Shown: piece after piece, positions 62,690 through 64,000 of the stretch | Layout of the letters: each line of letters begins with the position of its first letter | Numbering within the stretch: the stretch's first letter is position 1 | Source: a virus | Direction: 5' to 3' (one strand) | IMG/VR virus record: IMGVR_UViG_3300048855_000013 | Location: 1 to 64,000 of that record | DNA: 64,000 nucleotides | The notes under the pieces: generated by a model | Database searches by the model: none | Told to the model about the DNA's origin: nothing | Seen by the model: the letters and a program-made list of their open reading frames with translations, nothing else | Translations under genes and position numbers: made by a program

Positions 62690-64000
62690 AGGTTCCCATC
62701 TGTATCCTTACCAACAATGATACGCTCGCCATCCTTGAGGATGTCGAATAGTGCCAGGTACTCGTGACGCTGCTTGCCGTGCTTGACAGCCCAGTTCACA
62801 GCATCTTTCTGGTAGACAGTGCCACCATTGAGTTCTAGGAACGTCAGGAACATATCGATGTCGCGCTGGATAGCATTCGATGCGACACCCTCAACCATGA
62901 TGATGAGGTCTTCCGTCCACTGTGTGCCGTAGTAGATAGCGGTGAGTGCGTCATTGAGACTCACTTCGTCGCGCTGGTCTGCCATTGCCAACAGGGCTGC
63001 GGTCTTCTTGAGGTTCCAGCCTAGACGCTCGATGCCCGAATCAAGTACCTCAGCACGGGGGTGCTTCTTGATGTAGTCTTCGAGCAGGTCTGCGTAGTCC
63101 TCCAGCCGATCCCATGCCTCTTCTGAGAAGTCGATCATGGCTGGCATGAACCCTCCCTTGACATCGGACGGGAATTCACCCACCTTAGCCTTCCAGAAGT
63201 CGCGAGAACGCATGAGTTCCAGAGCCAGCTTGCGCTTCGTGGTGTCGGCCTGGCCGTTACCACGACGCAAGTTGCGACGACGCTTACCAGACTGGTTGGG
63301 TACTTCACCACGAACAAAGATGTTACGTGGTCCCCAGCCCGAGGCGAAGTCGGATAGCTCTAGGTTCTCCTGAATCTGTGAACGGATTCCGAGGAAGAAC
63401 TGCACGAAGACGACCGGAGTCTCCTCCGTGGCGTTCCCCTTACGGTGCCGAGCGTGAGCCCAGCCATCATAGAGTTCGTTCAACGTCGTGAACAGACCCT
63501 TGAGGTAACCCTTACCACCCTTGATACCCTCGATCAAGTCCTGCACCTCGTCACGGTCGAACATAGATGCTCGGTACGGACGCTTGGCAAGCTCATCAAT
63601 CAGAGTTTCAGGGGTGATGTCGCTGGTGAAGAGGTACTGGTAGTTTCCGATCTGAGTTGCACGAAGCATCTCTTTTACGTAGTCACGAGCGGTACTCTTA
63701 CGAGTCTTGGTAGTCTCACCAGCTAGCACAAAGAACAGGCCGAGCCCGAAGGAATCACTGAACTCTGTTTGAGTTCGTCCCCACTCTCCGAAGATGCACG
63801 AGAGGATCGCTAGGGCACCTGCGATGTGGTATCCACGAGCAGAGTCAGGTGACTTGCTCATGGCCCACTCGGTGTAGCGAGAGATGAAGGTGGACTCTAG
63901 TCCATCAAGCTCTCCCTCACGGAAGAACCTATCCTGCAACTCCTGTGCTGTACCGATTGCAGATGGGCGGAATGTAGCCGGTGCCTTGTGGGCTGGCGTA
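62671..64000 (-). CDS. replication-associated protein of unknown function (primase/helicase-region gene; 5' end lies outside the window)
   Basis: The ORF stays open upstream of the TTG at 63939 to the window edge. Lies upstream of polA. Confidence 0.35.
   Translation of the reverse strand, partial: TPAHKAPATFRPSAIGTAQELQDRFFREGELDGLESTFISRYTEWAMSKSPDSARGYHIAGALAILSCIFGEWGRTQTEFSDSFGLGLFFVLAGETTKTRKSTARDYVKEMLRATQIGNYQYLFTSDITPETLIDELAKRPYRASMFDRDEVQDLIEGIKGGKGYLKGLFTTLNELYDGWAHARHRKGNATEETPVVFVQFFLGIRSQIQENLELSDFASGWGPRNIFVRGEVPNQSGKRRRNLRRGNGQADTTKRKLALELMRSRDFWKAKVGEFPSDVKGGFMPAMIDFSEEAWDRLEDYADLLEDYIKKHPRAEVLDSGIERLGWNLKKTAALLAMADQRDEVSLNDALTAIYYGTQWTEDLIIMVEGVASNAIQRDIDMFLTFLELNGGTVYQKDAVNWAVKHGKQRHEYLALFDILKDGERIIVGKDTDGNLCLQMI

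Noticed and set aside
1-64000. CRISPR arrays, integrase, transposase or IS elements
   Set aside because: No direct-repeat/spacer periodicity and no tyrosine or serine recombinase or DDE-transposase motifs were seen in any ORF translation.

Overview
This window looks like most of the genome of a high-GC tailed dsDNA phage (siphovirus-like, probably infecting an actinobacterium). It has three arms.

ARM 1 (1..21.1 kb, minus strand). A long leftward operon of about 50 mostly small genes. It opens with an RNA-repair and NAD-salvage cluster: SNF2/DEAD-like helicase (runs off the window start), Pol-beta-type nucleotidyltransferase, Rnl1-like RNA ligase, class II CCA-adding enzyme, T4-like polynucleotide kinase/phosphatase, Nampt-like and PRPP-synthetase-like enzymes, a second Rnl2-like RNA ligase and an HNH endonuclease. 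The rest is small hypothetical, membrane, lipoprotein and Zn-ribbon proteins plus an SPFH/band-7 protein.

NON-CODING REGIONS (19.7..22.3 kb). An AT-rich palindromic region (19.79..19.94 kb) and a roughly 900 bp repeat-rich non-coding region (21.07..21.96 kb).

ARM 2 (22.0..57.5 kb, plus strand).
- Early genes: small hypotheticals and an HslV-like Ntn-hydrolase.
- A roughly 4 kb tRNA array (26.5..30.7 kb) with about 25 tRNA or tRNA-like genes. Many are canonical; several have atypical D- or T-arms. An HNH endonuclease, a GT-A glycosyltransferase and NrdH are embedded in it, along with several TTGACA-N16-18 promoters and rho-independent terminators.
- Structural genes: TerS, TerL, portal, protease/scaffold, decoration protein, major capsid, connectors, two tandem major-tail paralogues (the second with an Ig-like extension), chaperones, tape measure and five minor tail proteins.
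- Lysis cassette: M15 peptidase, amidase_2, holin and membrane proteins.

ARM 3 (57.6..64 kb, minus strand). Replication module: metallophosphoesterase, RuvC, HTH proteins, DNA polymerase I and an upstream replication protein that runs off the window end.

No CRISPR array, integrase or transposase was seen.

All calls come from manual reading of the sequence and the ORF translations: motifs, synteny, RBS and hairpin inspection. No database searches were run. Coordinates of hand-mapped RNAs and motifs may be off by 1-3 nt.
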